64,000 bases of DNA, taken from contig CM059432.1 in assembly GCA_030390025.1 (NCBI GenBank), positions 83,082,001-83,146,000 on the forward strand, read 5' to 3'. Of the stretch, positions 62,150-64,000 are shown piece by piece. The notes under the pieces are model-generated. The model worked only from the letters and a program-made list of their open reading frames with translations, was not told the origin of the DNA and made no database searches. Every line of letters begins with the position of its first letter. Positions within the stretch are counted from its first letter, which is position 1. This stretch comes from Squalus acanthias. Lineage: Eukaryota. A program made the translations under genes and the position numbers.

Positions 62150-62552
62150 AAACTTGCATTTATATAACATCTTTCCTGGCTTCAGGACATCCCAAAGCAT
62201 TTTACCCTCAATGAATTATTTTCAAAGTACAGTCACTCTTGTTGTGAACACAAATGTGCACAGCAAGATTTTACAAACAGCAATGAGATGAATGACCAGT
62301 TAATCTGTTTTTGGTGGTGTTGATTGAGGGATAAATGTTGTTTAGGACACCAGGAGAACCCCCCTGCTCTTTTTCGAATAGTGCCATGGCATATTTTACA
62401 TCCACCTGAGAGTTTTGTGTTTCATCCAAAAGACGGCACCTCCAATAATTCAGTACTAAATTGAAGTGTCAGCCTAGATTATGTGCTCAAATCCTGTTGG
62501 GAGTCTTGAACTCACAACCTTCTGACTCAGGCTACGATTGAGCCAAGGCTGA
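62150..62552 (-). mobile_element. DeuSINE
   Basis: Reverse complement of the 63290 copy, from tail CTTGCATTTATATA to head ACAACCTTCTGACTCAGG. Confidence 0.85.
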
Positions 62553-63289
62553 CTCTTTTATGACTTGCAGAGTCTGGTTTCTAAACTGCAATGATATTAA
62601 CAACTTCATGAAATATATTGTGCCTGGTGCTGTATATTTTTGAAGAAAAACTATAGTAAATAAAACACCTAGTAGTAAAACAACCTATTTATTTTGAAGA
62701 GGGTTTTAAACATAGGAAGGAAGTGTTCCGACTATTCGGGTTAGATAGTTGATCACTGCATTTATCTGCATTTTCCAGTGCAGTCTTCATGTGTGTACAG
62801 TGTCTACGCAGCAGGTTTTAAAAAAATACTAACCCTTGCTTTCTCACATTTTAAATAAATCTATGAAGGAAATAGTGTCATTTATTTCTGTACTTGCAAG
62901 TCTAGGTCATTTGTTCTGATAGGAGTAAAGAAAGCAAGAACATACATATATCAGCATGACAACAACAAGGCAAATCTTTGGGGCATTTAAAATGGCATAG
63001 TATGTTTTAAAATAAAGTCAAGGCCTGGAATTTTCAGCCGCTTGTCTGAATTTTGACTAATTCTAGAGCAAATGTACACAGACAACACACCATCATGTTT
63101 AGTCAATCACAAATTATGTCAGTAATGAAAAAGTGGCAATTGATTTTACCTTTAAAGGGTAAGCACAACACTGTTCAACAGTAAACTAGAACTGAAGAAT
63201 TGTGTGTTCAAAATTAGGTTTTATTATGGAAAAAACATTTTTGTTTCCTTGGTTTTGTAGTTTTCCCCACACGACACACTGTCTCATAG

Positions 63290-63640
63290 GTGTCAGCTGT
63301 GGCTCAGTTGGTAGCACTCTCGCCTGAGTCAGAAGGTTGTGGGTTCAAGTCCATCTCCAGAGACTTGAGCACAAAATCTAGGCTGACACTCTAGTGCAGT
63401 GCTGAGGGAGTGCTGCACTGTCAAGAGTTGCCATCTTTCGAATGAGACTTTAAACCAATGGCCTCTCGGGTGAATGTAAAAGATCTCATGGCACGATTTC
63501 AAAGAATAGCAGGGGAGTTTTCCCCAGTGTCCTGACCAATAGTTATCCCTCAACCAACATCGCTAAAACAGATTATCTGGTCATTATCTCATTGCTGTTT
63601 GTGGGACCTTGCTGTGTGCATATTGGAAGTGTTTCCAAAT
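63290..63640 (+). mobile_element. DeuSINE (3'-truncated)
   Basis: A box TGGCTCAGTTGG, B box GGTTCAAGTCC, central CAGTGCTGAGGGAGTGCTGCACTGTC. Confidence 0.88.
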
Positions 63641-64000
63641 TACTTCCTGGGGAGAATTCTCAGTTTCACTGCTAGATTCCACATTATGTCACATAGATTT
63701 AAAACAACTTCCCTATTTTAACAGTTATTCCATCAGAGTTTGCAGACTTGATAAAACAATGCTCCCTTTCCCATCCCAGTAAACCAGTGTTTTGATGATC
63801 TCTAAAGCAGAGATTTATCCAGCAGCACTGGGGGAAATTAGGAAATGCCAGAATGACATCCATGTAACATAACTTCATTTTATTTCATTTTATAATTCAG
63901 AAGCTCACAAGTGAAGAATTGTGCCAAATAGTTACAAGGAGTGCACAAGCCCTCTGGATAAATCCTTGATAAAGTATTGTAAATGTGGGATAATCGTATT

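Noticed and set aside
63290..63365. tRNA genes at A/B-box sites (also 28135, 39420, 53030)
   Set aside because: These are SINE heads continuing into SINE bodies, with no complete cloverleaf.

Overview
Repeat-dense eukaryotic DNA, most likely from a cartilaginous fish (shark). This is inferred from HE1/V-SINE, DeuSINE (SacSINE1-like), abundant CR1 and L2 LINEs and Penelope-like elements. No intact host gene is visible. Almost all long ORFs are frameshifted CR1/L2/Penelope remnants or antisense artefacts. The A-rich + strand and a well-formed 33-nt candidate exon at 37834-37866 (-) suggest a large intron of a minus-strand gene. Contents: three near-full-length CR1 copies with different 5' ends, many truncated CR1/L2 pieces, nested insertions, two Penelope-like copies and hAT and Tc1/pogo MITEs. 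Highlights: a 250-bp insertion with a perfect 98-bp inverted repeat carrying a minimal hammerhead ribozyme motif on each strand, an apparent twin-primed (5'-inverted) CR1, a CpG-rich 54-bp tandem array forming a CR1 5' end, and a 29-bp micro-inversion in a CR1 ORF1. Boundaries of decayed elements are approximate. Family names come from recognition, not database searches.
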